Assembly (NCBI RefSeq): GCF_009914755.1
Contig: NC_060929.1
Source: the human T2T-CHM13v2.0 reference genome, Homo sapiens
Strand: one strand, 5' to 3'
Length of the DNA stretch: 64,000 bases
Every line of letters begins with the position of its first letter. Position 1 is the stretch's first letter. A program made the position numbers and the translations under genes. The notes beneath the pieces are model-generated. The model did no database searches and was not told the origin of the DNA. It saw only the letters and a program-made list of their open reading frames with translations. Positions 16,805-38,065 of the stretch are shown one piece after another.

Positions 16805-17104
16805 TTTTATTTTATTTTTATTTTTATTGAAACAGTGTCTCACTCTCTCACCCAGGCTGGATTGCAATGGCGCAATTTCATCTCACTGCAATCTCCACCT
16901 CCTGGGCTCAAGTGATCCTCCCTGCCTCCCGAGTAGCTGGGACTACAGGAACATGCCACCACACCGAGCTAACTGGCTAATTTTTGTATTTTTTAGAGAC
17001 AGGGTTTTGCCATGTTGCCCAGGCTGGTCTTGAACTCCCGGACTCAAGTAATCCTCCTTCCTTGGCCTCCCAAAGTGCTGGGATTACAGCCACTATGCCC
17101 AGCC
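16805..17104 (-). mobile_element. AluJ-like
   Basis: Reverse Alu dimer. Confidence 0.9.
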
Positions 17105-17358
17105 TAACAGTTGTTTTTTAAATTGAGATAAGATAATAGCATAACATAAAATTTGCCACTTAAAGTACTTTTAAATATACAGTTCTGTGACATTAAACAT
17201 ATTCACATTGTTGTGCAATCATCACCACTATCTATCTCCAGAACTCTTCTTGCAAAACTGAAACTTGTACCCATTACACAACAACTCATTTTGCCCTCCC
17301 ACCCAGCCTGTGGCAACCACAATTCTACTTTCTGTCTCTATGAATTTGACTACCCTAG

Positions 17359-17834
<476 letters not shown>

Positions 17835-17979
17835 GCCATATTTTCTTTATCCATCCATCAGTGGACATTTGAATTGTTTCTAGCTTTTGACTACTGTGAA
17901 CAATGCAGCTACAAACATTGGTGTGTAAATCTCTAAGACCTTGTTTTCATTCTTTTGGATGGAAGAATGGACTACCCAG

Positions 17980-18380
17980 GAGTGGAAGTCCCAAGATCAG
18001 CAGTTTGCAAGCTGTAGTATCAAGAGAACTGATAATATATTTCCACACTGAGTCCAAAGGCCTGAGAACCAGAAGAGGCAATGGTGTAAGTTCTAGTTTA
18101 AGTTCAAGTCCAAAGGCAGGGGGAAACTGACGTCCCAGGTCAAAGATCAGATCAGATACAGTGAATCCTTCCCTACTCAGCCTTTTGTTCCATTCAGGGC
18201 CTTCAATGGGTTGGATGAGGCCTACTCACATTGGGGTGAGCAATCTACTTTACTGAGTCTACTGATTCAAATGTTAATCTCATCCTGAAACACCTTCACA
18301 GACACACCCAGAATAATGTTTTATCGAATATTTGGGCACATGGTGGCCCAGTCAAGTTGTCACATAAAATTAACCATCAC
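17980..18380 (-). mobile_element. MLT2B/C-like ERVL LTR
   Basis: Ends ...cagtcaagttgtcacataaaattaaccatcaca, the reverse of the MLT2 5' end. Confidence 0.75.
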
Positions 18381-18904
18381 ATATGCAAATTCTCTGTTTA
18401 ATATTTTAAGGAACCACCATATTGTTTTTTATAGCAGATGTACCATTTTACTATCCCTCCAGCAATGCACAATAGTTCCAATTTCCTCACATCCTTGCCA
18501 GCTCTTGTTGTTTTCTGGTTGTTGTTGTTTTTTTTTTAATAGTAGCCATCCTAGTGCATATGAAGTATACTTCTTCCATCATGGGTATAATTTTTATTTC
18601 CCTAATGATTAGTGACATTGAGCATCTTTTTCATGTGCTTCTTGGCCATTTATATATCTTATTTGAAGAAATGACTATTCAAATCATCAATTTTTATTAT
18701 TATTATATTTTAAGTTCTAGGGCACATGTGCACCACGTGCAAGTTTCTTACATAGGTATACATGTGCCATGTTGGTTTGCTGCACCCATCAACTCATCAT
18801 TTACATTAGGTATTTCTCCTAACGCTATCCCTCCCCCAGGCCCCCGCCCCACAAAAGTCCCAGTGTGTGATGTTCCCCTCCCTATGTCCATGTGTTCTCA
18901 TTGT

Positions 18905-22748
<3,844 letters not shown>

Positions 22749-22811
22749 TATGATGCTAGCTGGTTATTTTGCCCGTTAATTGATGCAGTTTCTTCATAGC
22801 ATTGATAGTCT

Positions 22812-23835
22812 TTACAATTTGGCATGTTTTTGCAGTGGCTGGTACTGGTTGTTCCTTTCCATGTTTAGTGCTTCCTTCAGGAACCGTTGTAAGGCAGGCC
22901 TGGTGGTGACAAAATCTCTCAGCATTTGCTTGTCTGTAAAGGATTTTATTTCTCCTTCACTTATGAAGTTTTGTTTGGCTGGATATGAAATTCTGGGTTG
23001 AAAATTCTTTTCTTTCAGAATGTTGAATATTGGCCGCCACTCTTTTCTGGCTTGTATGTTTTCTGCCGAGAGATCCACTATTAGTCTGATGGGCTTCCCT
23101 TTGTGGGTAACCCGACCTGTCTCTCTGGCTGCCCTTAACATTTTTTCTTTCATTTCGACCTTGGTGAATCTGAGAATTATGTGTCTTGGGGTTGCTCTTC
23201 TCAAGGAGTATCCTTGTGGTGTTCTCTGTATTTCCTGAATTTGAATGTTGGCCTGCCTTGCTAGGTTGGGGAAGTTCTCTTGGATAATATCCAAGAAGAG
23301 TGTTTTCTAACTTGCTTCCATTCTCCCCGTCACTTTCAGGTACACCAATCAAATGTACATTTGGTCTTTTCACATAGTCCCATATTTTTTGGAGGCTTTG
23401 TTCATTTCTTTTCACTCTTTTTTCTCTAATTTTGTCTTCCTGCTTTTTTTCATTAATTTGATCTTCAATCACTCATATTCTTTCTTCCGCTTGATCAATT
23501 CGGCTATTGAAGCTTGTGCATGCTTCATGAAGTTCTCGTACTGTGGTTTTCAGCTCCATCAGGTCATTTAAGCTCTTCTCTACACTGGTGATTCTAGTTA
23601 GCCATTCATCTAACTTTTTTTCAAAGTTTTTAGCTTCCTTGCGATGGGTTAGAACATACTCCTTTAGCTCGGAGAAGTTTGTTATTACCGACCTTCTGAA
23701 GCCTACTTCTGTCAACTCATCAAAGTCATTCTCTGTCCAGTTTCGTTTGCTTGCTGGAAAGTTGTGTTCCTTTGAAGGAGAAGAGGCATTCTGGTTTTTG
23801 GAATTTTCAGCCTTTCTACTCTGGTTTCTCCCCAT
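22812..23835 (-). pseudogene. L1 ORF1, disrupted
   Basis: MGRNQSRKAENSK...DIIQENFPNLARQ...PLQKHAKL broken into three ORFs. Confidence 0.95.
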
Positions 23836-24436
23836 CTTTGTGGTTTTATCTACCTTTGGTCTTTGATGTTGGTGACCTACGGATGGGGTTTTGGTGTGGA
23901 TGTCCTTTTTGTTAATGTTGATGCTATTCCTTCTGTTTGTTAGTGTTCCTTCTAACAGACAGGCCCCCCGGGTGCAGGTCTGTTGGAGTTTGCTCGAGGT
24001 CCATTACAGACCCTGTTTGTCTCGGTATCACCAGCAGAGGCTGCAGAACAGCAAATATTGCTGCCTGATCCTTCCTCTGGAAGCTTCATCCCAGAGGGGC
24101 CCCTGCCTGTATCAGGTGTCTGTCAGACCCTACTGGGAGGTGTCTCCCAGTCATGCTATACAGGGGTCAGGGACCCACTTGACAAGGCAGTCTGTCTGTT
24201 ATTGGAGCTCGAATGTCATGCTGGAAGAACCACTGCTCTCTTCAGAATTGTCAGGCAGGGTTGTTTAAGTCTGCAGAAGCTGTCTGCTGCCTTTTGTTCA
24301 GATATGCCCTGCCCCCAGAGGTGGAATCTAGAGAGGCAGTCGGCCTTGCTGAACTATGGTGGGCTCCGCCCAGTTCAAGCTTCCCTGCCACTTTGTTTAT
24401 ACTGTGAGCATAGAACCACCTACTCAAGCCTCAGCA

Positions 24437-24769
24437 ATGGCGGATCTCCCCATCCCTACCAAGCTCCAGCATCCCAGGTCGATCTCAGACTGCTGCACTA
24501 GCAGCGAGCAAGGCTCTGTGGGCATAGGACCCGCCAAGCCAGGCACAGGAGGGAATCTCCTGGACTGCCAGTTGCAAAGACCATGGGAAAAGCACAGTAT
24601 TTGGGCTGGAGTGTACCATTCCTCCAGGTACAGTCACTCATGGTTTCCCTTAGCTAGGAAAGGGAAATCCCCTGACCCCTTGAACTTCCCGGGTGAGGTG
24701 ATGCCCTGCCCTGCTTCGGCTCACCCTCTGTGGGCTGCACCCACTGTCCAACCAGTCCCAATGAGATGA
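24437..24769 (+). other. L1 antisense ORF0-homologous open reading frame
   Basis: MADLPIP...SISDCCTSSEQGSVGIGP resembles recalled ORF0p MAGAPPP...LISDCCASNQRDSVGVGP; no evidence of expression. Confidence 0.6.
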
Positions 24770-25023
24770 ACCAGGTACCTCAGCTGGAAATGCAGAAATC
24801 ACCCGTCTTCTGCGCCAATCTCGCTGGGACCTGTAGACCGGAGTTGTTCCTATTTGGCCACCTTGAAAGTGACCCTAAATCATCAATTTTTTAATTGGAT
24901 TGCTTGGTTTCTTTGGTGTGGTTGAGTTATAGGAGTTCTTTCTATATTCTAGATGCTAATCTCTTATCAGATAAATGATTTGCAAATATTTTCTCCTAAA
25001 AACAATTGTTCAAGTTGACATGT

Positions 25024-25847
25024 TGATATAGTTTGAATGTATATTCCCACCAAATTTCATGCTGAATGATAACCCCCAATGTTGGAGGTGGGGTCTGGTG
25101 GGAGGTGTTTGGATCATGGGGGCAGATCTCTCATGAATGGCTTGGGCCATCCTCTTTGGTAATAAATGATCTCTTGGTCTGAGATCTGGTTGTTTAAAAG
25201 TGTGTGGCATGGCCCCTACTCTTGTGCTTACTCTTGTTCCCGCCATGTCATGTGCCTGCTCGCCCTTTGCCTTCCACCATGATTGGAAGCTTCCTGAGAC
25301 CTCCCAAGAAGCAGATGCTGATATGCTTCCTGTGCAGCCTGCAGAATTATGAGCCAATTAAATATATTTTCTCTATAAATTATACAGTCTCAGGTCTTTC
25401 TCTTTCTTTCTTTTCCTTCCTTCCTTCCTTCTCTCTCTTTCTTCTCTGTCTTTCTTTCTTTCTCTTTTTCTCTCTTCTTTCTCTTTCTCTTTCTTTTCTT
25501 TTCTTTCCTTTTCTTTCTTTCGAGACAAGATCTCACTCTGCCACCCAGGCTGGCGTGCAATGGCTTGCTCATAGCTCACTGCAGACTTGATTTCCTAGGC
25601 TCAAGCAATCCTCTTGCTTCAGCTTCCCAAATAGCTGAGACTATCTGGGTAGGTGTGAGCTATGAGGTGTGAGCCACCACGCCCAGATAATTTTTAAACT
25701 TTTTGTAGAGATGGGTTTTTGCTATGTTGCTCAGGCTGTTCTCAAATGCCTGGCCTCAAGCAATCCTGGCCCCGTAAAGTCCTACAGTTACAGCCGAGAT
25801 CCGCCATGCTCTATTTCTCTATTGCAATGCAAGAAGGGCCTAACATA
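25024..25847 (+). mobile_element. MST (MaLR) solo LTR interrupted by an Alu
   Basis: tgatatagtttg...ggtgggaggtgtttggatcatgg; 5-bp TSD catgt at 25019-25023 and 25848-25852. Confidence 0.85.
25397..25810 (-). mobile_element. AluJ-like with CT-rich expanded tail
   Basis: Polypyrimidine tract at 25397-25520 followed by reverse Alu. Confidence 0.85.
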
Positions 25848-25884
25848 CATGTCTTAATTGTTTTTTAAGCCAGAAGACATGTCA

Positions 25885-26925
<1,041 letters not shown>

Positions 26926-27023
26926 TGACGTATATTTTATGATTAAACTAGTGATACATGCTGATGGGACAGTTTCAACAAACATAAAAGGAATAAAGAA
27001 GTAAAAATCATTTGAAACCCTGA

Positions 27024-27545
<522 letters not shown>

Positions 27546-28366
27546 TAGGTGATTTCTAATTTATCATTATTGTAAACAATGCTTCATGAAGGCCTTTTAT
27601 GTATATCTTTGCATGTTTGTCCAATTTGTTCAGTGGGATGAATTCCCAGAAATTAAATTTCTGGGCCAAAGGATATGCTTATTTAAAATGTTGACGTCCT
27701 GTATATTGCCAAATTACCTTCCAGAAAGGCTGAACCAATTTATACTCCTACTGTGCATGAGAGTGCCCACTGCTCCACACCCTTGCCAAACTGGCATGCT
27801 TTCAACAGCAGTAAAAATAGGTTCTTGTCTGCTTTTCTCCTATGAGTCCTACCAAGTGCATGATGTGAAAGTGAATGAGAGGAATATAAAGTTGACAGAT
27901 GGGAGGTATTTTGGTCACTGTAATGTTTTATCTAAAGCACACCATTTTCCTCTCAAAACAAGTGTGATAGATAAGCCCCCTTCATTTTTTAGTACAAGTT
28001 CTAGGACATAATTTCCTAAATGGATTGATTCCTTAGAGAATGAATGTCTCTGAGGATGTGGAAATTATTCAAGCCAAATGTGCTTTGGGCTGATAGAGGA
28101 TATACAATTTTGACATAGCAGTATCTATGTGACCTCTTTTTTAAAGATGCAAAGTATAATATTTTTGCCCTGTGCTATCCAAAGTGTCATACTGCAGCCT
28201 ACTCTGAATGTACTCATTCATTTGCCTGAAGTTCCCACAGAGAAAAGTTTTCTCTGACTTTGTTTTATATTGAAAAAGTTTTTTAATTGAAGTATAATTT
28301 ACACACAATATGAATAATTTTTCTCTTTAAAATCTGATTGTGAATAACTGCAACCTTCATAGATAA

Positions 28367-28693
<327 letters not shown>

Positions 28694-29504
28694 GAAAAGC
28701 TTATAATTAAACACACACTCTTTGAAAAGCACAGAGAAAAGAGAATGGAGTTTTACATGCAGCTATTTCACTCCTTAGTTGTATGGTCTGAAGCACATAA
28801 TTTAGCACAATACGCTTCTTTTACTCTCATCTGATAAACTAGCAAAATGAAATCTACACTACCTTCTCCATAGAGATGTTGGAAGCACATCCAATATCTC
28901 TAGGAAGGTCCTTAGCACTATAGTGAGTTAAATTATATATATTTTTAAAAATGTGCATCCAGTCAAATATATCTAATCTACTTGTATCTGATCTTAAAGT
29001 TTTTGTGCTTGAGGGGAATGTATTTCTTTTTCAAATGAAAACATGTTGATCAGATAAATGTTTACGATGGAAAATTATCCTTTTGTTTTGGCATTAATGT
29101 CAATTAAAAGCATTCTGAAACTGTTCAGCTTCACTGATGATATTAATGAACCTTACATGAGAAAAAGCCAGAAAATAATTAGCATAATTATAAAATGTGA
29201 ACTGTACATTAATAATTCTCTTTGTTTTTTCCCTTTTAGCCACTTAATAAATTGTGTGTATCAAATTATTATAAATGTGGTACTTCTGATGTTAGCAGAA
29301 TTATGTTTTAAAAGGCATAACAATAATATTTGTTTAATTTAGAAAAAAGAAAGATCACTTTACATCCTGTTATCCTAGTGATACTGTGAATACAATTGGT
29401 TAATGCAAATATAATTCATACTACTGAATTGTACACTTAAAAATGGTAAGATGATAAATTTTATCATCTTTATAAATTTTCAAATTTATATTCTAATATC
29501 GTCT

Positions 29505-30170
29505 TTCTTTTTATTTATTTATTTAGAGACAGGGCTTGCTCTTTCACCCACCTGGCCAGAGTGCAGTGGCACTATCATAGCTCACTGTAGCCTTGACCTC
29601 CTGGGCTCAAGCCATCCTTCTGCCTCAGCCTCCCTAGTAGCTAGGACTATAGGCTCTCAGCACCACACCCGGCTAATTTTGTTTTGTTTTGCTTTGGTAG
29701 AGATGAGTTCTCTCCATGTTGCCCAGGCTGGTCTGAGATTCCTGGTCTCAAGCCCTCCTGCCTTGGCATCCCAAAGCACTGGGATCACAGGCATGAGAGC
29801 CTTGCCCTAATGTGCCTGCCTGTCTGCCTGCCTTCCTTCCTTCCTTCCTTCCTTCCTTCCTTATTTCTTTCTTCCTTCCTCTTTTTTTTTTCTTTTTTTT
29901 TTTTTTGAGACAGAATCTTGCTCAGTCGCCCAAGCTGCAGTGCAGTCGCACAATCTTGGCTCACTGCAACTTCTGCTTCCCGGGTTCAAGCAATTCTGGT
30001 GCCTCAGCCTCCCAAGTAGCTGGGATTAGAGGCACGCACCACCATGCCTGGCTAATTTTTGTATTTTCAGTAGAGACAGGGTTTCACCATGTTGGCCAGG
30101 CTGGTCTCAAACTCCTAGGCTCGAGCAATCCACCTGCCTGAGCCTCTCAAAGTGCTGGGATTACAGGTAC
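29505..30170 (-). mobile_element. Two tandem reverse Alus separated by (CCTG)n(CCTT)n
   Basis: Alus at 29505-29807 and 29880-30170. Confidence 0.9.
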
Positions 30171-30549
30171 CCAGCTTTTCTTTCAACACACTGGTTAGGG
30201 GTGAATGCTTATCCCCTCAGCTCTCTGTCTGCTCCCCACGAGTGACAGCTTGGGATGCTTGGGCTTCTTCCCTTGTCTCACTCTCTCCTCGGGAAAAAGC
30301 ACCTTCTTTGGCAAGATTGAGGGAAAGAATTGCTAAATGTGTGACTCAGCCCCTCTTTCTCTCTGAGTGGCCAGACCTTAAGGACTTGACTTACCTTGCA
30401 ATAAGCTTCCTAGAGTAAGCCCTGCCCTGCAAAAAGGACTGAAGTTAGAAGAGGTTTATTTTAATTCAGGGAAGTGAGTATCAGTAAGCCCATTTGGCCA
30501 CAGACTATGCCACATTCTCCAACCAGCTTTATTAGCTGTGAACTAATGT

Positions 30550-30932
30550 TTTTTAAAAAATAATTTTTATTGTGGTTTAAAAAAATAGATGACATAAAAT
30601 TTATCATCTTACCATTTTTAAGTGTACAATTCAGTAGTATTAATTATATTTGCATTAACCAATCTCTACCAGTCTCCAGAACTTTTTCCTCTTGCAAAGC
30701 TGAAACTCTATATCCATTAATCAACAATTCATCATTTTCCCCTCCTTCCAGCCGTTGGCAACCACCATTCTACTTTCTGTGTCTATGATTTTCACTACTC
30801 TAGATACCTCATAGGAGTGGAACCATGCAGTGTTTGTCCTTTTTGTGACTGGCTCATTTCACTTAGCATGATGTCTTCAAGGCTCATCCATGTTGTAGCA
30901 TGGTGTCAGAACTTCCTTCCTTTTTAAGACTG
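30550..30932 (-). mobile_element. L1MB-like 3' end
   Basis: aaaatttatcatcttaccatttttaagtgtaca...ttcacttagcatgatgtcttcaagg. Confidence 0.8.
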
Positions 30933-31079
30933 ACATTTTGAGCTCCCAGATTCCCTGCTTCTATGTCTCCACTGACTCAAAACTGAGAGCTAGAGGGAGG
31001 GTGTAACTAATTTTCATCCCCTCAAGCCCCATCCAACTGGATAATAGTGTGTTGTGGTAGACATCTATTGTTTTCTCTG

Positions 31080-32028
<949 letters not shown>

Positions 32029-32663
32029 TAATACCCTTTCCTACTCCAGGTGTTGACAGAACCCCTCTTTCTCATGGAAAATCCACCTCACTTATTTTGA
32101 GTGAGGCTGATCCCACTTTCTACTCATACGGATGGACATGTGGCCCAGGCCTTGCCAATTCAAATCACTTATTCTCTGATTAGTATTGTTGCTCCAGCAA
32201 ATATGTAGATGCTCCAAGCAGTACCGATCAGTCTCTCCTGAGATTTGATCATGTAGATGCTGGGAGAGAACCCTGATATGAACCCAGCCATGCCTAGCTT
32301 AGGTCTACCTCCAGACTTCCCAGTTATGTGAACAAATAAAACCCCTCTTTGCTTAACTGTGTGATTCTTTTGTTATCCCCCACCCCACAAATAACTATGT
32401 TGTGGGCACTGAGGCCTTGTTGGCTTGGGGTGTTTGAAGGATCCTGGCTACCTCTGATTCTGGAGGATTTCAAGGGTCTTATTTTAGTTCCAACAGTGAG
32501 ACTGTTGACTGCAGAGTTGTGGCTCTATTTCAAGCTTGAGTAATTTCATCTGCCCTCCTTGAAAAATTTTACTGCAAGATATTTAATATTCTTTCTTCCT
32601 TCATAGACTTCTAAACATCATGGAATCTCCTTGATCATGTTTCACTATTCAAAGGTAAGTCCT

Positions 32664-32910
32664 GGCTGGATGCAGTGGCTCATGCCTGTAATCCCAAAAC
32701 TTTGGGAGGCCAAAGCAGGTGAATCCCTTGAGCCCAGGAGTTTGAGACCAGCCCAGGCAACATAGGGAGAGCCTGTCTCTACAAAAAGTTTAAAAATTAG
32801 CTGGGTGTGGTGGCGTGTGTCTATAGTCCCAGCTACTCAGGAGGCTGAGGTGGGATGATTGCTTGATCCCAGGAGATGGAGGCTGCAGTGAGCCAAGAGG
32901 TCTCACCCCT
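32664..32910 (+). mobile_element. AluJ-like, 3' end lost
   Basis: Alu sequence stops shortly after gcagtgagccaag. Confidence 0.88.
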
Positions 32911-33019
32911 GCTTTGGAGGGAAAAAATATAGTATCCCAACATAAATTTTTTAAAAAAATCCTGTTTTTCCTTTAAAAAATAAGCTGTAATGCCCTAGAT
33001 GTTAAATTGATTTTCAAGT

Positions 33020-33317
33020 TATTATTATTATTTTTAATAGAAATGGGATCTCATGCTGTCCCCAAGCTAGAGTGCAGTGGTATAATCATAGCTCACTGCA
33101 GCCTCAAACTCTTGGGCTCAAGAGATCCTCCTCCCTCAGTAGCTAGGACTACAGGTGCATGCCACCATGCCCAGCTAAGTTTTGTTTTGTTTTGTTTTTG
33201 GTCTGGTAGAGATAAGGATCTGAATATGTTGGTTTGGGAACACCTGGCCTCAAACGATCCTCCTGCCTCGGCCTCCCAAAGCACTGAGATTACAGGCATG
33301 AGCCACCACACCAGGCC
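33020..33317 (-). mobile_element. AluJ-like
   Basis: Degraded reverse dimer. Confidence 0.88.
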
Positions 33318-33873
33318 TCGAGTTCTTTTTGATAAATTATATGAACAATAGATTAACATAAAGAATGGAAGGAATCGTTTTTGCGAGTTTTCAGGGATAG
33401 TGCATGAAAAGGCCTCATAGAAGAAATAAAATGGGGACACTCATATAAACCACAAAGCTTTAGTTTACATTTGACATTTTCCCAACTTCAACAGATAGAT
33501 CTACTTAATGACTAGATTGATCTGGTAAATTAGAAAAGTCATGAAATGGATCACGAAAATGATTTAAAATGTTTTAATTATGGAAGGGAAAAAATAAGAA
33601 ATAGCAGCTAATCTTCCTAAGTAAATGTGAAAAAAAAAAAAAGGTAATTTAACAAATATTCCTGGAATGCCACTTATGTGCTAGTCACTGGGGATATAGC
33701 AATGAACAACACAGACAAAATTTTCTGCCGTCATGAATCTTCTAGTAAAAAATGCACCAATAAAATAAAATGATGAATCTCCAAGAATAAACAACATTTG
33801 TGTTCCCAAGGCAAGGGAGCCTTTCACTGACTTGACATTTTGCTGCTCTCTGTTTGCTGGAAATTGCCCTATA

Positions 33874-34086
33874 CCAGCCTGGGCAACATGACAAAACCCC
33901 ATCTCTACCAAAACCACAAAAATTAGCCAGGCATGGTGGTGCATACCTGTGGTCCCAGCTACTCAGGAGGTTGAGATGGGAGGATCACTTGAGCCCAAGA
34001 GGTTGAGATCGCAGTGAGCTGAGATCACGCCACTGCACTCCAGCCTGGGTGACAAAGCAAGACTCTGAAAAAAAAAAAAAAAAAAA
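33874..34086 (+). mobile_element. 5'-truncated Alu
   Basis: Starts at ccagcctgggcaacatg; A tail followed by (GGAA)n. Confidence 0.9.
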
Positions 34087-34963
34087 GAAGGAAGGAAGGA
34101 AGGAAAAATAAATTGTACTATACCAAAATGTTACAGTGTTCATCTCTGAGTGATTTTTTTATTTCTCCTTAATATTCTTCTGCATTTTCCAAATTTTCTA
34201 CAATAAGCTTCTATTACTTTTTAATCAGAGAAGTAACTTATTAGGGGGAAAAAACCCTAATAAACTAGAAGTTGAAATCCTTCAGTGCAGAGGGCTGACC
34301 TGAATACTTGCCTTTGGCACCTTCCTGAACTGAAAAAGTCTAAAAAGCAGGACTTGTTGCTTTCACTTTGGGTAACTGTCCCCCTCCCTCCTCTCATTCT
34401 TGAGCTTTCCTGATGTATCCTAAAGCAATTTGTTTTATAGTATCACATACCTTTTTTTTGTTCACTTTTAAACATTCTGGGTGCCTAGAGCCTTGTCTCT
34501 TTCTTGCCTCTCTCTCTCTTCTTCCTGACTACCTGGTTCTTCTGACCTTTTCTCTACAAAGATCACCACTGTTCTACCTCTCTGTGGACCAGATAAACCC
34601 TATTACTCCACATTGCCCTTGTCCCTTCCAAGTCTAACTACCACTTTTCAACAAACTGAACTCTCTCTCGGTTACTATGGCATCCCCTGAAAAAATGTCA
34701 GTCAAAGCTTTCTCCTATACGCTTACATTTCTAAAAGTTGTTTAACAAATTTACGAAAGAATTTTTTTAGCCCCTGATGGGCCGAAGCATTATGTTACAG
34801 TCTTTGAGAACTTAAGGTCATAATAGATAATTCTTTCATTTTGTTTTTTATAATTGGTTTAATCAGAATTTTATTGTTACAATCAATAGTTGCTTTACTT
34901 TTCTCTCTCTTTAGTTTAAAGAAATCCCTAGCAGTTTCCCTATTTTTTTTTATTGGTTCTTAG

Positions 34964-35291
<328 letters not shown>

Positions 35292-35404
35292 ACATTGACT
35301 TTTATCAATGTAAAGGGAGAAGTCACTTGATATTTAGGTAAATTGTTTAATAGTATTTTATCTACTTTTTTCAAATTGGTAAGGTGTATTTTTCATGCCT
35401 TAAA

Positions 35405-37010
35405 AATGTCTTTATTGAAGTATAACATACAGTAAAATACATTTAGTGTATTTAGTGAGCTTTAGTGTACAACTCAGTTTTTTTTTTTAACATAGGTATA
35501 TTCCCATTTAACCACCACCAGCTCAAGACACAGAACACTCCCAGCAACCCCACAATTTCTCTTATCTCTTCCCAGTCAATATCCTCTTGCCCCATACTCC
35601 TAGCCTACTCTTGCCAGAATAGTTACCACTATTCTGACTTCTATCACCATTTATAAGTTTTGCCTATTTTTAAACTTGAAATAAACAGAACCACCCAGTA
35701 TTTACTCTTTTGTTTTGGCTTCTGTAACTCAACATTATTTTCCTGTTCAGTTGCGTCATCATTTTTTTCTTTTTTATTACTGTATGGTATTCCATTAAAT
35801 AAATATACTTCAATTTATATATCTATTCTCCTGTTGATGGACATTTAGGGGTTTTTCGATTTTTTAGTATGATGAGAAAAGTTATTACAAACATTCTTGT
35901 ACATGTCTGTTGGTGGACATATGCACTCATTTCTCTTGGGTATATACCAAGGGGTGGAATTGCTGGGTCGTAGAGTAGACATACTTCTACTTTTGGTAAA
36001 ATTCTTAACATATTTGCATGGCACAAAATTCAGAAGGCACAAAAGAGTGTACAGTGAAAAGTCTCTCTCTTATCTACATCTCAGTTCTACAGTTCTCTTC
36101 TCCAGAGGAAACCATATTACCAGTTTCTTACGGAAACATACTTTGTATATAGAAGTATATGTATGTATAGTCTTGTGTTTTACACCAAAGCTACTACACA
36201 ATCCAAACTCCTTTACACCTTACTTCTTTCACTAAACAATTTATCTTTGGGATTAGTCTATATTAGTAACGTTGAACTGCTTCATTCCATTAAAGCAGCG
36301 GCCCTCAAACTTTTTGGCACAAGGCACTGGTTTTGTGGAAGACAGTTTTTCCACAGAGGTCAGGGGCTGGGGAGATGGTTTTGGGATGAAACTGTTCCAC
36401 CTCAGATCATCAGGCATTAGATTCTCATAAGGAACACACAACCTAGATTCCTCACATGTGCAGTTCACAAACGGGTCCGTGCTCCTATGAGAATTTATTA
36501 CTGCCTCTCATCTGACAGAATTCGGAGCTCAGGCCGTAATGCTGGCTCACCTGCTACTCACTTCCTGCTGTGCAGCCTGGTTCCTAACAGGCCATGGACC
36601 CGTACCAGTCCATGGCCCAGAGGTTGGGACCCCTGCACTAAATGACTGCATAGTATGCTAACTTGCACATCTAAGAATATATCTGTAGGATGAAAACAGC
36701 TTTGGGCATTTAAAATTTTGCCTTAATTATATAAGAAAGCCTGTTTTCCCCCACTTTCACCAACACAATGAGTTTGTAGACATTTTAATTCTTGCTAGTC
36801 TTAGGTGGAAAATGGTATCTCATTGTACCCTTAAATCTTAAATCTCCCTTAATATAAGGAAGGTCTTTCCATATGTAAAGATTTATTTTTATTTCCTGAC
36901 CTGTAAGCTGTTTATATTGTTTGTGTATTTTTCTTCGATTATTTTTTCTTATTTTATAATAATTATTTATATATTAAGGGAATTAGCCCTCGGTCTGTGA
37001 TATGAGTTAC
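35405..37010 (-). mobile_element. Old L1M fragments
   Basis: Translation YDPAIPPLGIYPREMSAYVHQQTCTRMF is the L1 ORF2p C-terminus; other degraded L1M motifs nearby. Confidence 0.65.
36296..36635. mobile_element. MER1B (hAT-Charlie MITE)
   Basis: Termini cagcggccctcaaac...ggttgggacccctg; imperfect 8-bp TSD cattaaag/cactaaat. Confidence 0.85.
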
Positions 37011-37029
37011 ACTTTTTTAAATGAAAATT

Positions 37030-37343
<314 letters not shown>

Positions 37344-37404
37344 TGAAACTCATATAATACATAGCAATTTAAGCTCCCACATATATTAATTTAGAAAGGA
37401 TTGC

Positions 37405-38065
37405 AACTTAACAAACATTTATTGTGCCAGGCACTGCGAAAAGTGCTGAATATATAATAAAGATTGATTTGTACCTTTAAAACACTTACAATCTAAGAAC
37501 AGAAAGACACTCCCAAACCAAATGATCATTACTTTATCATTTGGTAAGTTTTATTATAGGATAGACGTGTACACTACATGCACTTCAAGCTCAACGTGTC
37601 CAAAACTGAGTTTGTTGTCTTCTTCTAGGACCTCTTTTTCCATTGTTCCGTATCACAGATAATGGCATCATTAGTCACTCAGCTGCTTTGTTTAGAAACC
37701 TTGGAGTGATCCTTGAGTCCTTTCTCTCCTTCACTCTCAAAATGGATTTGCCATTTATCTGAAAGATCATTGTGAAGGACTGTAGGAAGGAGGAGGCTGG
37801 TGGCTGAGAAACTATTAATTGCATTAGTCCAGATAGCAATCGATGAGGTAGCAACCATGAGAATGGGGAAGAAGACAGAAGAGGGACTTGATGATTTTTA
37901 AGTATAGCCAGTGAGGAAGAGTTGGGGATAAGTTCCACATTTCTGGCTGAGTGGATGATGGAAGTCATGCATAGAGATGGGGATGGAGTGCGTAACTGTT
38001 TCAGGAAGGGAAAGATACAGGATTCAGTTTAGACATTTTGTGTTTGAGGTCTGGTGTGACAACCA
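37405..38065. mobile_element. L2 fragments in both orientations
   Basis: caaacatttattgtgccaggcactg, tcaagctcaacgtgtccaaaactga and ttcagttttagacattttgtgtttgag motifs. Confidence 0.55.
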
